Below are positions 26,051-40,620 of a stretch of 64,000 nt of DNA, piece after piece. The position numbers and the translations under genes were made by a program. Below the pieces are notes generated by a model that was given only the letters and a program-made list of their open reading frames with translations, was not told the origin of the DNA and searched no databases. The stretch's first letter is position 1. Each line of letters begins with the position of its first letter. The stretch is from the NCBI GenBank assembly GCA_023213395.1, contig CM041465.1, positions 106,151,741-106,215,740 of the forward strand, read 5' to 3'. The stretch is from Cycas panzhihuaensis. Its lineage: Eukaryota; Plantae; Cycadophyta.

Positions 26051-27380
26051 TTGTGTATATTTAGAATATTTAGAATGTTGATACAATCTTTTATAGTGAT
26101 TGATAGTTTCCCTTATTAGAAAGTTTCTTTTTATTTTATCTTTATTTATTGTATATATTCTTTGGGAATTTGTAAAAGTAGTGGGTTATGTTGGAGTAAT
26201 ATCAAAATTTTCACAATTATCTCACTTTACAAAAATTGATCAATCAATATAGTAGTGGCTTCATTACCTTGTGCTACAGTCCTTCTTGGTAATTGTGATG
26301 ATATTTTATCTTGCTATGAAATTACTAGAATTTCTAATATATTCTGCTCTTGCTTTTATATTGATCATACTAAATATTTAGCTTAGCGCCGGTGTTCTTT
26401 CTCCTCTAAAGGGTTGGGATAATCAACTTTCTTGGATTTTCTTATATACCTATGTACACTAGTAGAGTTTGTAAAACCTCTTTACTCTTACTAGACTCCA
26501 CATCCTTGAGCTTCACTGTCTTGTTTTATTATTGTGGATAACAATCATCATTGTGGTTACCAGATCTGCACCATTGACATAACGTCAAAGTAGTGTTACG
26601 CATGTTAAGACAATTTCTATTGAAATATCCCCATAGTTTACACTAAAAACATTAAACCATAGGTTGTCCTTGAGTGTCTCTTAGTATTAGTTGAATTGAT
26701 CTATATGCCCATCTAAGAGGAGGTCTATTGGTTTCTTACCATGTGAAGAACACTTTTTACTCTTATCATCTGTGTGAGTAACCATTAAACCTACATTCTT
26801 CTGTATCATGATTATTCATTTTGCAAATATAGCAATACTTAGAAGTTTTTTTTTGGGACATTATAATTCTATATGCCCTTCTATTTTACATCTAATGCAC
26901 CATATTTAGTGTCTTTCCTTCAATTGGTATTGCATAAAATCCTTTATCATTTGCATTAGATGTTTTCTCAGTGCTTTGATATTAGAAGATTCATCTTTAA
27001 TTTTTGCTTCCATAGCTATATCTTGATGTCATGCTTCTACTTTATCCTTTATTTTGATGCTCATCATGTAGTTAACTACTCTTGGTATGATGAAGTGGAA
27101 AGTACTCAAAGTTTTCTTCGATACCTTGGAAGTAATCCTTCTAAAAACCACCTTTCTCTCAAATCGTTAGTTACTTTGCTTTCCATCTTCTTGATTAGGC
27201 TTTTCAATTTCATATTATAACTTCTAATAATCTCCTTAGCTTCTTGTTTAAGGTTATTTATTTAATCCACTATTTTGTTATCATCTCATAACAATCTGGA
27301 TTCCTTCAAAGGCTTCCTATAAGTTAGTCTTTCTTTTAAAGTGTCCATGATTAAATTCTTTGAATCAATCATTCATGACA
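26050..27380 (-). pseudogene. gypsy gag remnant with two Zn knuckles
   Basis: Minus strand CF*CKLWGYFNRNC and CQWCRSGNHNDDCY at about 26535-26655. Confidence 0.65.
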
Positions 27381-28259
27381 TCTTGTAAAGTTACCAAAAA
27401 TGCCTATAACCATTAATCTTTATATGTCTTACCATTTTCTATGTATATTATTTTGTACATGTTATAATGTCGAGTTGGATATTCATCTACTTTACTATTA
27501 AATATTGGTAACTTCTATTTTGCACCTTTGGACATCGCCATTGTTGATATTAATCGCTTAACTAGAGATCTTATAAGCCTTAACTATGATAACCTTTATT
27601 ATATGATGTTATTCTTTTGTTTCTTAGTTTTACATTCATAATATTTACCAAATAGGGTTCATCTATATTTAGGGCTTGTATGCTCTTATCCTTGCATCAC
27701 TTTATTAATCAAGGATTGATCTTATTCTTATAGACTTAAGTGGGCAAATGCTTCTTTAATAACTTTTAAGTCTAGGTTAGGTCCATGTTGATCCCAAATT
27801 TACCACACTTGTCATGCTCAATTTATAATTGTCCAATTAATTTGTGTTAATGTCTTAGACTCATGCTATCTTAATGTATGTATTTGAGTAGATCTTCTTA
27901 CTTGGACTTATTGGTCTATCTTTTTCACATGCATAAAAATATACATTGTTTATTCAGAATCAAGCATTGGATCCAAACATGGTTAGAATCAAACATTAGG
28001 GAACTAAACATGGTCCAAGATATTACCAAGCAACATGGGATTATGGACTATGATATCCATGATATAATATATGATGATACCTCATTAAACCAAGAAGGGT
28101 TTAAATTCATTAATAATCTTGAGATTTACATCCATGAATTAGATGTGCAACAATTCTCCTAGTATTGTTTGGTTCTCGTACTGATTTCATATTGTCATAT
28201 ATTCAAAACTTACTATCATTTTTTTACTCCATTTTATCTTATTCCTAGGTTAGAAATAA

Positions 28260-28623
28260 TGTTGGATGTTAATTAATCATACATGGGTTCTCCTAGAGAG
28301 AAAGAGACAATAATATCTTCAACATAATAACATCAACACAATAATATGATATGTACAATATTTCACATTAATAGTAATTATAAGATGTCTACAACTCAAT
28401 ATCTTCTATTATGTCAAAACTAATTATAATAATAAGATCATCTATAATAGAGCAAGATATGATCATCCCACACTAGCTTTGCACTGCCTACTAGCATTAA
28501 GATGCACAATAATGCATGTCCCCCCTCATCTACTTGTATATATATCTATGTGTGTGTGTGTCTTTCTCTCTCTCTCTCTCTATACACACACACACATACA
28601 CACACACACATATATATATACCT

Positions 28624-28683
<60 letters not shown>

Positions 28684-28794
28684 ATAGATAGATAGATAGA
28701 TATATGTATGTATGTATCCTTGGAAATGTTGTATTATAATGACTTCCATCTACTTGACTCAGCTAATCCCTTTTTGTTAACATAACATCCAACA
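28260..28794. mobile_element. Probable solo LTR (535 bp) containing (CT)n/(CA)n/(GA)n microsatellites
   Basis: Perfect 12-bp inverted termini TGTTGGATGTTA / TAACATCCAACA; the flanks AATAA and TGTAA match at only 3 of 5 positions. Confidence 0.6.
28548..28715. repeat. Compound microsatellite (TG)(CT)(CA)(GA)(GATA)
   Basis: Direct reading. Confidence 0.95.
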
Positions 28795-31700
28795 TGTAAT
28801 TTATGTAGGAAATAGATAACATTACCTAATAGATAATATAATGAGACCAACCTTAGGAGTATGAGGATGTATCTATGATTTCACCAGACCTATATGTGGA
28901 GGAGAAAATAAAGGTTAGGGGATCAACCTCTATTGAAGCCTAAGCATTGACCATTGATAAAGTTATAGAAGAAAGGTTCTATTAATAGAGAAAGGATGAC
29001 AAGTTGCTATAGAAAAATAGTGACCAAAGATAAGAGGTGGGTATAAACTATCTCCTTATCTATGTAAGAAAACTTTATAGTCAAGTTAGTAGAGTTTCAC
29101 TTAGCCTCTAAAGAGATAGTAAGAGATACAATTAATTATCTCTAGCTACACCTGGCAAATGTGATATAAAAAAACCAATCCTTAAGGTGAAAATATATGA
29201 ACCTAAATATAAAGATCAATAACTTGACTCTATGATAAAATTTCAGTGTAACTATTGTAGTCAAGGGCTATAGAGGAAGTTGAATAGATGGTTAGAAATG
29301 CAATTAATGGGGGCATGTCTATTGATGCCTTAAATGAAATGATTAAGTAGTGCATTAAGAAGGGAAATTTTTGTCTCCTAAACCATCGAATTTCATGAAC
29401 CAATTCTTTGAACTTAGGTATTAGGTGGATTTTATCAAGCAAGTTGCTAAGAAAGTACATTCCATATTTAAGGGAGAACTATAAGATTTATGACCCTTAG
29501 CTAGCTTTATATAAAAGGTGACTATACTACCTACTAGACAAGATAGCTCTAATAGAACATTCCTCCAATGTTGGTAATACATATTAGATGCAAGAGCTAT
29601 GAAGGACAAAAGAGTAATGGAGGAGATGTAGCAACTAATTCTCCCTCATCAAACCCATATATTTTGATTTAATTACCCTAACACAAGGATATAATATTTC
29701 TTCCCCAAAGGAGAGGGAGAAGTTGCTTACTAAAGATGACTTCTTGAAGGAGTCAAACACCATATAGGAGAGTTATTAATTAAAAGGGCCCAATGCATAT
29801 ATGTCTTACTAACCCAATAATTAGACTTCAAGAATCTAATTTATAAGGTAGGGGGGCAGTTAAACATGATCAAGGATGAGGTCATTAGGTTGGTGAACAT
29901 GGAATTGGTAAACCCATTGTTGATTGCCTAGTTTAAATAAGAACTAACAAACAAGAAGTGACAATAGCTAGAGAGTGGTAAGACTTAATAATCTAAGAAA
30001 GGCACCTTGATCTAACCTAATTTCCCCCACTCCCTAAGTAAAGGCACATCATTCACCTTATAATAAGGGACCAATAATAGACTAAATAAGTGGAGAAGAA
30101 ACAAGAAAGAATGATTTAGATATACTTTACCTAGCCAATATAGTTTGTTTCCTCTAATTCCCAAGTGTTATATTTGTCTTTAATTTGAGTAGGACTTAGC
30201 TTTCCACCATCTTTTCTTACTTTTTTTATTTTTGGACTTCCTACTTCTTTTCTCTCTTCTCAGTTCTTTTAGAAGGTTGGCTTATATCTACATTCTTCTA
30301 AAAATTGTGTTGACTATTGATATGTTATCCATTCTCATGTGCATACTTCATCATAGGTTAGACCCACTTGAAAATCTTGGATCATGGATGGAAGCTTACT
30401 GGTAAAAAAGGTTCCAATTAGAGTTATAATTATATAATTTACCATGTATTATTTGCCACTTATGGGTTATGTTCAAGATCCATTAGAAAGTTAGGTTATC
30501 CACTCCTAGTTCATATGTAACTAGTCCCTTAAAATTTTAAATTATAATTCAAGTCATTTAGTCTTACTAATATACTTGTAAACATTTGATAATATTAGCA
30601 AATACAAATTTTCTTTTTTAAATAAATCCCATAGTTAATTGTTACTTTGGTAGTGGAGTTTATGAATGTGTATGGTAGCATTATGAGGTGTACACTTAAG
30701 TGTATAAGCATTGCATCATACAATTTTCTATATTTATCACTTCATTATAATTCTTATGTCTTATTGTATTTAAAATAATTCCTATGGATGAGTTTTTGGT
30801 GTGTATTTTCTTTCAAAATTTTATAGCTCAGTTATAAAATGGCAATAAGCTTCATGGGAGATTTTGCATACACCTAACTATAAGATTAATAGAAGAGATC
30901 TATTTCACTTTCTTTCATGTCATGCTTAACTCCCTGCTTTCCTCATCACATTTTCTACTATACTTGCATACACCCATTCATAGTGACATTATTATTTGAA
31001 GAGATTATCATTGATATACTACAATATTATATAAGCTTGTATTATACCAAGTGTATATAAAAAAGGGAATTTCCCCTACTTAATTAAAGGGTGTGATGAC
31101 CCCTTAAGTTGGCCTTCATTCTTAAGTTAGCCTTGGATATTTGTAGACTAGTCAACATTCTTTCCAAACACTTTTGGATAGTATAAGGACATTAGCTAAC
31201 ATACCCTTCCTCGATGTTTATTTCCTAAATACCAAGTGAGACTTTGTGTTATTAAAGTTTATCCTTTGCTAGTGTCTTTATGAGGTCATCTACTAGTTAC
31301 TCCCTTGTAGGTATGTACTTGAGATGAACCTATTATTACTTGGCATTTTTCACGAATGTGTTTTCTTATGAAAAATTATATTCTTAACCATTTTTAACAC
31401 ACTTTAATTGTCATAGTATGTGATTTTGGTATCTATAAATTTAAATTATAAACCCTCAAGGACTCTCCTTTATTAAAACATTAATGACACCTTAATTTAT
31501 AATTGTATCTTTGTATCATATAGTGTATCATATTATAATTAAATTGTAATATAAAATTATGTCTAGTCTACCCATTACTGAATAATAGGCCAATTAAATT
31601 TGCCTATTATATCGGCCAATTAAATTGATATTCAATGTGTATTATGGCCTATAAATCATGCTCGAATGCTCTTCTATGTATATTAAATATTTGAATATAA

Positions 31701-32416
31701 TGAATCTCTACCAAATTGAAGAGTAACAGTGCCAACTAATTCGGCCATCTTATTTTGTGCAAATAATTTGTATTGAACTATTATTTGTTCTATTTATGGT
31801 TTCAATTCTACATGTGCATGAATATTTAGATCTTATGTTAATTTTTTCATGGTATTAGAGTTAGATCTTATGTATGTACTCAGTATTTCATAGGTATATC
31901 ATGTTAGAAGAAGTCTAATTGTGTTCCATTGCAAAAATAAGACCCTTGTTTAACACTGTTTGTGAATTATTTTAAAAAATAATTGAATCCATTTACCTTG
32001 TTCTATATATATGCCAGTTAAATGGGAATAAACCATTCTCTTAATTTTCATTTCCATCCTCACCACTTTCCATTAATTGTATGAAGCATGGGTGACCTTA
32101 CATAACCTTACATAGCTACATTGACCTCCCTTGTGCTATGTAAAGCTATTGGTGAGATCTAAGAGCAAATCATTCTCTTGTAACTCAGTTAAATTGAGTT
32201 TATACTTTTATTTGATTGTCATTGCTCTATCGACCCCTATTCACCTTGTGTGGTGACTATGTGGCCTGAATCAACCTTCTCTTATCCTACGAAAGTTTTT
32301 GTGGTGATTTGGGTGTGGATCTCATTCATTAAAACTTGATTTGATTGAGTTTTTTTATCACCATTCATCCACCTATTCAACAAATTTGCATGCGGGTTTC
32401 ATAAATTTTTTGACCT

Positions 32417-32419
<3 letters not shown>

Positions 32420-32453
<34 letters not shown>
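32420..32453. repeat. (TA)n microsatellite
   Basis: Direct reading. Confidence 0.9.
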
Positions 32454-32456
<3 letters not shown>

Positions 32457-33149
32457 CAAAGGTTTAGGTTAATTTAATTAGGTTTGAATCTATTTTTAAG
32501 CTTTCCCACCCCTCCTAGCTCTAATAGGTGGTCATATGGTGATGTATGGTGACTCAGGCCTACCATATCAAAGGGGCTTAAGGCTATTTCATTTTAGTTT
32601 TTAGTGCATAAGGAGGATTGCTTATAGTTTTTGTGATATCTTTGTAATGGGAGGTCTATTTTTCAAACTATAAGATCTATCAAAATCTTAATTTAGAGCT
32701 TGGAGTTAGTTTTAGATTAATTTGGATAGAATTTTAGAGTTTTTAAATTAGATGAAGTTGACCCTTCTTTATGTTCTTTTTAAAGTCTTTTTTCACCAAT
32801 TGAGGACTTATCTCACATCTTGCAAAGGGATTTCTCCACTATTTACTGCTCACATTTATTTTATTAGCTATTCTACCTAATTTGTGGATAACCTTTATAT
32901 TGCATTATGGTTGTAGGTGCCCTACTTAAGTGAAGAAGGTTGCTCTCATATTTTAAGCATAGTCCTTCTTTAAGCATCGTAATCCTACCATTTTTATTCA
33001 TTTACATTTCCTTTTAGTCTGTTTATTTTATTTTTTTATTAAAAAGGAATCAAATCAACAACCTTGGCATCCCTCCTTCTGACAATTGCTTATCGAGTAT
33101 TATCAACATCCTTCCCCTTAAATACAATAGCTCTGTCTCCTGCTTATAC

Positions 33150-36100
33150 GATAGTTTTTTTATAATGGAGCTTAACATCTTAAAAGGATTATTACTTAGA
33201 GAGGAGGTAATTCTAAATTATGAAGGAGTAGCATCCACTTTTAACTCAGCTCCTACATTTTCACCCAGAAATTTAAAGAGGAGCCAACCACATCAATATG
33301 CATGTTAGTAGCCACCTCAATAGTAACACCTTGCCCAATAATTTAGTTTATTGAACCCCACTTAATAATAAGAATAGCCATAACCATCAAGGAATTAGTA
33401 GCAAAGATAAAATGTCACCTACTTATATTGTGGAAAGAATAGGCATATTACGATAGACTATAAGAGAAGACAGGCATACCTGTAGCTTTTATAAAATCAA
33501 AGTGGATAACAAGGGAGATAAATTTTTTAGCAAAACAACAACTAAGGGTGAAATTAAAATTAGGGGTAATACAACAAGAAACAATAAAAGAAACCAACTA
33601 AGAAACCAAAGGTACAACAGGAATTCTCAACAAGGAGGTAATGTAGTTAGTTCTCAAGGTAACTCTGAAAACTTATTCTATGTAGCTTTGTCATCTTAAT
33701 ATGATAATAATTCTTGGTAGATAGATTCTGATGCCACTCATTATATGATTGGTACTAAAGATTTACTTTAGGACACACATCTTATAAGGTCTCAAACAAT
33801 TAAATTTGGAGATAATCTCACTTATAATATAACAAAAATTGCTAGAGTCCCCATTACATTAAAGAACTCTAATGTTTACAATCACATTAGCACCATTCTC
33901 TTAGTACCTAGCATGAAATAAAATTTGTTATCAATGAGCTAGATAGATAAGAAGAACCTTGATGTTCTATTCAACCATGGTATTTCCACCATCATAGATT
34001 ATGTTACAGGTCAATTGATTGCTATAGGACATGAGAACAATGGGTTATACAAGCTTGATGGAGTTCCCCTCACCATAGTCATATAGTAAGATTCCTATGC
34101 TTATGTACAAACTAATCACCTTAATAAAGGCAAAGAAATCTTAGTTGAAGACATATCTATGGAAGGAATTTAAGGTGAATGTTCATACAAAAATGAGCAA
34201 CCCTCTTCAAAGAGCAATAAGGACCAACCATGGCATTAACACCTAGGTCACTTGAACATGTAGAGTATCAATCTCATATATAGGCTACAAATGATGCATG
34301 TGTTACATAAGATCAAAAGAACCAATTGTATTTGTAAGGCTTGCTTAGTGGGAAAGTAATATAGAGAGCTACTACCTTCAAAAAATGCTTATTGTACCTT
34401 TAAACCTTTCAGGTTAGTCCACTTAGATATATATATGGACCAATGTTAGATCCTTCCATTAATGGAAGTTGGTTCTTTATTACATTCATTGATGACTCTT
34501 TAAGGGAAGTTTGAGTCTACTTTCTTTGACAAAAATTTGAAGCCTTTGGAAAATTTAGGGGCTTCAAGGATGGAGTTGAAAATGAAATTAGCATGATTAT
34601 CAAAGTATTTAGATCAAATAATAGAGAAGAGTAAATATTAAGATAATTCACCAATTTCTACTTGAGAATTTAGGATTAAACATCAATTCTCTACTCCATA
34701 CATACCCTAATAAAATGGTGTAACATAAAAAATAAATTAAACTTTAGTGAATAAAGCAAAAGTTATATTGAGTGTTATAAACCTTGTTACTCATTTTTAG
34801 GTTGAAGCTCTATCAATTGCTACATATTTAACAAACAAAAGTATCACTGTAGTAATAAGAGATATAACAACTAAGTAGGTTTGGTTAGGCTAAAAGCCTA
34901 CTATCTCATATTTAAGGACATTCAGCTACACCACTCACAAGTTTATCCCCAAAATAGAAAGGAAGAAATTAGATGATAAGAGACTTAAGTGCATTTTCAT
35001 TGGTTATATAACTGAATGTAAAGCTTACAAGGTATATGAACCTATTGGAAATTAGGTATACTCAACTCAAGATGTTATATTTACTAAAGACACTCTAGAC
35101 TTGAACCCATCTCAATTTTAGTTTATCTTAGATGATGATGTTAATTATTGAGCCTCCTACACCAATAACATCCCACACGCTAAGTCCATCTTTAGCTCTA
35201 TTATCTTTAATCTTAAATTCAAATGACACCTCTATAGTGCCACCTAAATCATTAGATGATCTTTAAGTGTAGGTCACTAGTATCCAAAAACATCCTAAGT
35301 GATACTTGTAAGTGATGAAGGATACACCTCCTCCTCCTCCTACTCCCAAGAGAGAGTCTAGAATGAGGCACTCAACAAACTATGCCTAATGACACATATC
35401 CATGAGACTCCTAACCTTTCTACATTTGAGAAGGCAATCAAAGGCCAAACATGTAAAGATATAATGGATGAAGAAATAAACTTAATCATCAAGAATGACC
35501 CATGGGAGCTGATTGAATTACCACCTAGAAAGAACCCAATTGATTATAGATGGATTTATAAAATTAAGTTTCATGATCATGGCACCATTGAGTATCATAA
35601 TGATAATTTTGTTACAAAAGGTTTTAAATAACAAAAGGGGATATATTATGAAGAGACCTTTATACCTATTACTAATATGACCACATTCCTTTTAGTTATG
35701 TCACTTATGACTCAATTCAACTAGCTTGTATATTAGATGGATGTGAAGAGTGCCTTTTTTAATGGAGAGATTACTAAAGAAGTTTTCTTAAGGCAACCTC
35801 TTAACTATGTTGTTCCTAAAAAAAACACTTAGTTTATAAGCTAAAGAAATCTCTCTATAGACTGAAGCAGGTACCTCATGCCTAGTATGCAAAAATCAAT
35901 GCCTCTTTTATGCAATATGGATTCACTCATTCACCCTCTAATCTTGATTTATATATTCAAATTAGAGGAAATTTGATCATAATCATTATTCTTTATATGG
36001 ATGACTTGGCAATCACTATAAATAATGATGATGATATAACTTGTTTCCAATTAGAACTTAGAGGCAACTTTAAGATGGCTGACCTTGGGTTACTACATTA

Positions 36101-36940
36101 TTTCCTTAGTATTGAGGTGTGGCAAAAACCTAATCTTATATTCTTATCATAATCTGAATATGCAAATAAACTTCTACATCTATTTAAAATGAGTGATTAT
36201 AATCCATCACCTATACCAATGGAAATAAGGACCAAGCTCACTCTGGACAAATAAGGCAAGCCCTTTGATCCCACCTAGTATCGATAACTAGTTAGGAGTT
36301 TAACTTATTTAATTCACACTCAATCAAATATCTTATATACAGTTGAGATTTGTTCCAGATACATGTTATAGCCTAAGGTATCTCACTAGAAAGCTACCAC
36401 TAGAATTCTTAAATATATTTGTGGTAGACTTTAGCTTAGTCTTGATTACAACCAAGTTGATAATCCCATCCTAAAAGGATATACAAATGCTAATTGGGCT
36501 AGTTACCAAGGCTCATACCATTCCATATCATGGTACTACTTTGACATAAACTCAACTATAATTTCTTAGGGCTAAAAGAAACAACTCAATGTTGATCTCT
36601 CCTCCACATAAGTCAAGTATAAAGTAACTACTCATATCACCATTATGGTGACTTGGCTATGTAGATTCTTATTGAACTTAGACTTCAATAAACTCATGCC
36701 ACTACCCTCTATTATAATAATTAGAGTGTTTTGAATAAGATAACTAAGAATCTTATCTTCCATACAAGAACCAAGCATATCGAGGTCCACCATCACTCCA
36801 TCTATGAACATGGGTAAAATGGAGAAGTTGACCTTTTGTACTAACTGATTAAGGACTAAATTATAGGCATCTTCACCAAACCACTTAGTAGACCAATCTG
36901 AAATGTTTTGGCATGACCTCAGTGTCAAGGGAAACAATGT
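33150..36940 (+). pseudogene. Copia gag C-terminus plus pol (PR-INT-RT-RH)
   Basis: YCGKNRH knuckle (about 33425), W*IDSDATHYM (33715), WH*HLGHLN (34230), LVHLDI (34415), WELIELPPRKNPIDYRWIYKIK, MDVKSAF, LYMDDL, GYTNANWA, RTKHIEV. Confidence 0.92.
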
Positions 36941-39900
36941 TGTCATTAAAGGAGGGTGTTAAAACATTAATGATATATTAATTTATAATTATATCTTTGT
37001 ATCATATGGTGTATTATATTGTCATTAAATTATAATGTAAAATTACATCAAGTCTACCTATTGCTAAATGATAGTCCAATTATATTAGCCTAATATGCCA
37101 ACCAATTGGATTGATATTTGAGTTATATTGTGGCCTATAAATTATGCCCAAATTCTCTTCTACATATATTAGATATTTGAATATGGCAAAGCTCTATTAA
37201 ATTGAAGACTAATAGTGCCAACTAATTTGACCATCTTGTTCTGTGGAAACAATTTATATTGAATTATGATTTGTTCTATTTATACTTTTAATTTTTCATG
37301 CCCAAGAGTATTTAGATCTTGTATTGATTTTTTCATCCTTAACCATGAAATTTTATAAACTATTGTTAAATATACTCTATATTCTATTTTTATAGATGAT
37401 ATTATCAAAGTATTATATATTTTGCTATACTATGAAATTATACCTATCTTAATTTAAAATACATATCCTATGGTAGATTTCTTATGATCCATGGAACTAG
37501 TGCAATCTACATTTAAACAACCAATGAGTCATATATCTAGGCTTGAATATCTAGCACATATAATTCTATAGTCCATTATTCCTTTTATATATTAAAGATT
37601 TTTTTTGACTACTAACCAATGTGATTATTTAGGAGCAACAATGTATCTAGCCATTCTATGGACAATATATATAGCATCTAGCCTAATGTTGTCTAAGAAA
37701 GTTATACTTTTAAGTAATTATATTTATAAAGTCTCACCCACTCTATTAGTATCAACTTTCAAAAATAACTTAATACCAGTTTCAATAGGTGTTTCCATAG
37801 GATTGCATTTTATCAGTTTAAACATTTAAATAATCTCTTTAGCATACTTTGTATGATATATGAATATGCTATTATCTATCTACCAAACTTTAATTCCTAA
37901 ATAATATTGCATCAATTATAAGTCCTTTATTTTAAAAGATTTATATAGCTTTATTTTCACATCATTAACCATGTCATCATTACTTCCATACATTAATAGA
38001 TTATTATCATAAACCTCTAAGATGATAATGTTTTTTCCATAATGTAATACATATAAGTTTAAGTCACAAAGTCTTCCTTTAAACCTTATTTTCTTTTAGC
38101 AATCATTAATATTTTTGTATTAAGCCCTTAACACTTATGTTAGACCATATAAAATTTTGGAGGATTTGTATACATAGTTTTATTTCCCTTTTTACTCATA
38201 AACATGAGACTATTGAAGATAGATCTCCTCAAAAATTTCACCTTGTAAAAATGCACTATTTACATATATTTAGTGTATTAACCATTGTATTCCTGAAGCA
38301 ATTAATAAAACCATTCTTATATCATTTATTTCTATAGTAAATGTAAGGGATTCTTTATAATCCATGAATTTTTCTTAAGCATATTCGTTTTGTGATCAAT
38401 CTCACCTTATATTTTTCAAGTTTGCATTTTGCATTACTTTTAACCTTGTATATCCACTTGCATCTAATAGTATATTTGTCTTTAGGAAGTTCCAATAATT
38501 CCCAAATATTATTCTTTATTAGGGATCGATATTCTTCATTCATGACATCTTGCCATTATTTCATATCCTTTACTTCCATATAATCTTTTGGCTCTAAAAT
38601 TCTTTACACTTTAGTATTTATGGCATAGTTAGCTCTATTCCTCACATATCTTATTTGGACATCATCATCCGTTAGAATCTAATCTAGCTTACACAATTCT
38701 ATTATTTTCCTGACCTACTTAGGTTGATTAGGACTCAAGCTTATATTTGGCATATTTATGTCTCTTTTCTCATTGTTTGATGCCAATAACACTAGCATTT
38801 TTTTTTAAGGTTCTTCTATTATTTTTTTCCCATTCCTTTACTTTCATTGTATTTTTTAACTTTTATTATATTTCCATCAAATGTGATATCTTATCGGTAT
38901 GGATCTTTTATGTTTCTTTGTTAAATAACCTATAAGACCTTTTATCTTATGTATATTGAATGGAGATATATTTTTTAATTTTTAGATCTGACTTATACCA
39001 TTTTTCCTTAGGTACATGCATGTATGTTATATCAATTATGAGGTGACTAATTATTAATTTTCTTTTAGACCAAGTATATCCTAGAGTGAGAATTTTTACT
39101 TGCTTTGTGGGGTTTTTGTCTAAGGCATGAGTAATAGTTTTAACTACTTAAATCTAAGAATCACCAAATAAATTTCTTCCATTAAGCATACTCCTAGCTA
39201 ATTTTTTGATAATTATTTTCTTTCTTTTAACAAACCTATTTATTAAGTTGTGTGGAAAGTGTAGAATTACCTTATGATCCTATTGATTCTATAAGATTTT
39301 AAGAATTCCTTTGAAGTATGGTTACCATTATTATCAAACCTTATATATTTCACTTTATTTTTTTATTCTCTTTATATCATAACATTAAAAGCTAAGAAGC
39401 ATTCAAAGCCTTCTAACTTGTTCTTTATAAAAGAAACTTAAATTTTCTTGCTATAGTTATCAATAAATGTGTTGGATAGTAATATCTAATTATATAAGTT
39501 ATAACCTAAAATATCTTTATAATATCTCAAATATTTATTAATTTTATATTGTAATCATATTGATGTATGTGCCACTTGGAATATGTAATAGGATATAAAG
39601 TTTGACTCTTTAGGTTTTCCATTTAAGAGGAGATGCATTACGAATATATCCCTAATTTTTTTAATATGATGATATTTGGCCATTCTTCCTCATATGTTAT
39701 TCTTACTTATATGTTTATATTTCATTATTTGTCTTATCTTTCACTCACCTCTTACTCTAATTTCATTCTTAGTTAGGTCTATTTCATTGTTTATTTCCTT
39801 CCACATACTTTCCACATAACAACATGGTATTAGAGCCAAAAGCTTAATCCTTTGGGTATGACAGCTTAAAGCCTAGTTTATTTGATTTTATATAGCCATT

Positions 39901-40244
39901 ATTTTCATGATTTTAATTTATTTTTAGAAAAAAGTTAATGTAAGTTTTGTGACCCATAATGAGAAGAGTTGATGATATATTTATGGGCCTATATTTTTAA
40001 GCATTGAAAATATATATTTGGAGTTTTTTTTTTAAGTTTTGGAGGCAAGCATGAAGCTATATGAAAGAGAATATTTATCGGGGGGAAAGGTTGATTTTAT
40101 CTTAGAAAAAAACTATTAGTGATCTATTTATTTACTACATGTGGAACTAAATAATGTTGCATGTAGGTATTTATTAAATGTCACTATATGTGAGCAAAAT
40201 TACACATACAATTTTGAAAAGGAATTTTGAATTTTATAAGTTAG

Positions 40245-40620
40245 ACTACGAGCAGATTGTAGTAAAAAAGTAATCATGAATAAATCGTGGTTCATGATTG
40301 AGAGTAGATTATAGTTTGTGATTGTAAGCAAATCATGGTTCAGATTGAGATCATAAACAAATCATGATTCATGTTATGATTGTAAGAAGATCATGGTTTA
40401 GACCATAATCGTGAGTAGATCATGGTTTGGGTCATGATCGTGATCATATCATAATTTAGGTTGTAATCATCAGCAAATCATGGTTCGAGTTGTGATCACA
40501 AGTAGATTGAAGTTTAAGTTGTGATCATGAGTAGATCGTAGTTCAGGTCATGATTATGAGCAAAATGTAGTTGGTTATAAGTAGGAGATGATCATAGTTA
40601 AGAATGTAATTATGAATATA
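40245..40620 (+). repeat. About 29-bp minisatellite in the 5' LTR of gypsy C
   Basis: Roughly 12 units resembling ATCATGAGCAGATCATGGTTCAGGTTGAG. Confidence 0.85.

Larger units (their letters stand above)
19973..28250 (-). mobile_element. Old non-chromovirus gypsy element (gag, pol, 3' extra ORF); boundaries approximate
   Basis: See the pol and gag features. A possible LTR end plus PBS (AACA-A-TGGCGATGTCC) lies on the minus strand at 27530-27545. Confidence 0.75.
31471..37335 (+). mobile_element. Copia A, full-length degenerate LTR retrotransposon
   Basis: 379-bp LTRs at 31471-31849 and 36957-37335; perfect TSD TCCTT; PBS TGGTATTAGAG at 31850; PPT AAAGGAGGG at 36948-36956. Confidence 0.93.

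Noticed and set aside
22211-28749. ORFs with YIYI / RERE / HTHT runs
   Set aside because: They are translations of microsatellites.
40245-40620. 29-bp repeats as a CRISPR-like array
   Set aside because: Degenerate tandem units without unique spacers, inside a plant LTR, with no cas genes.
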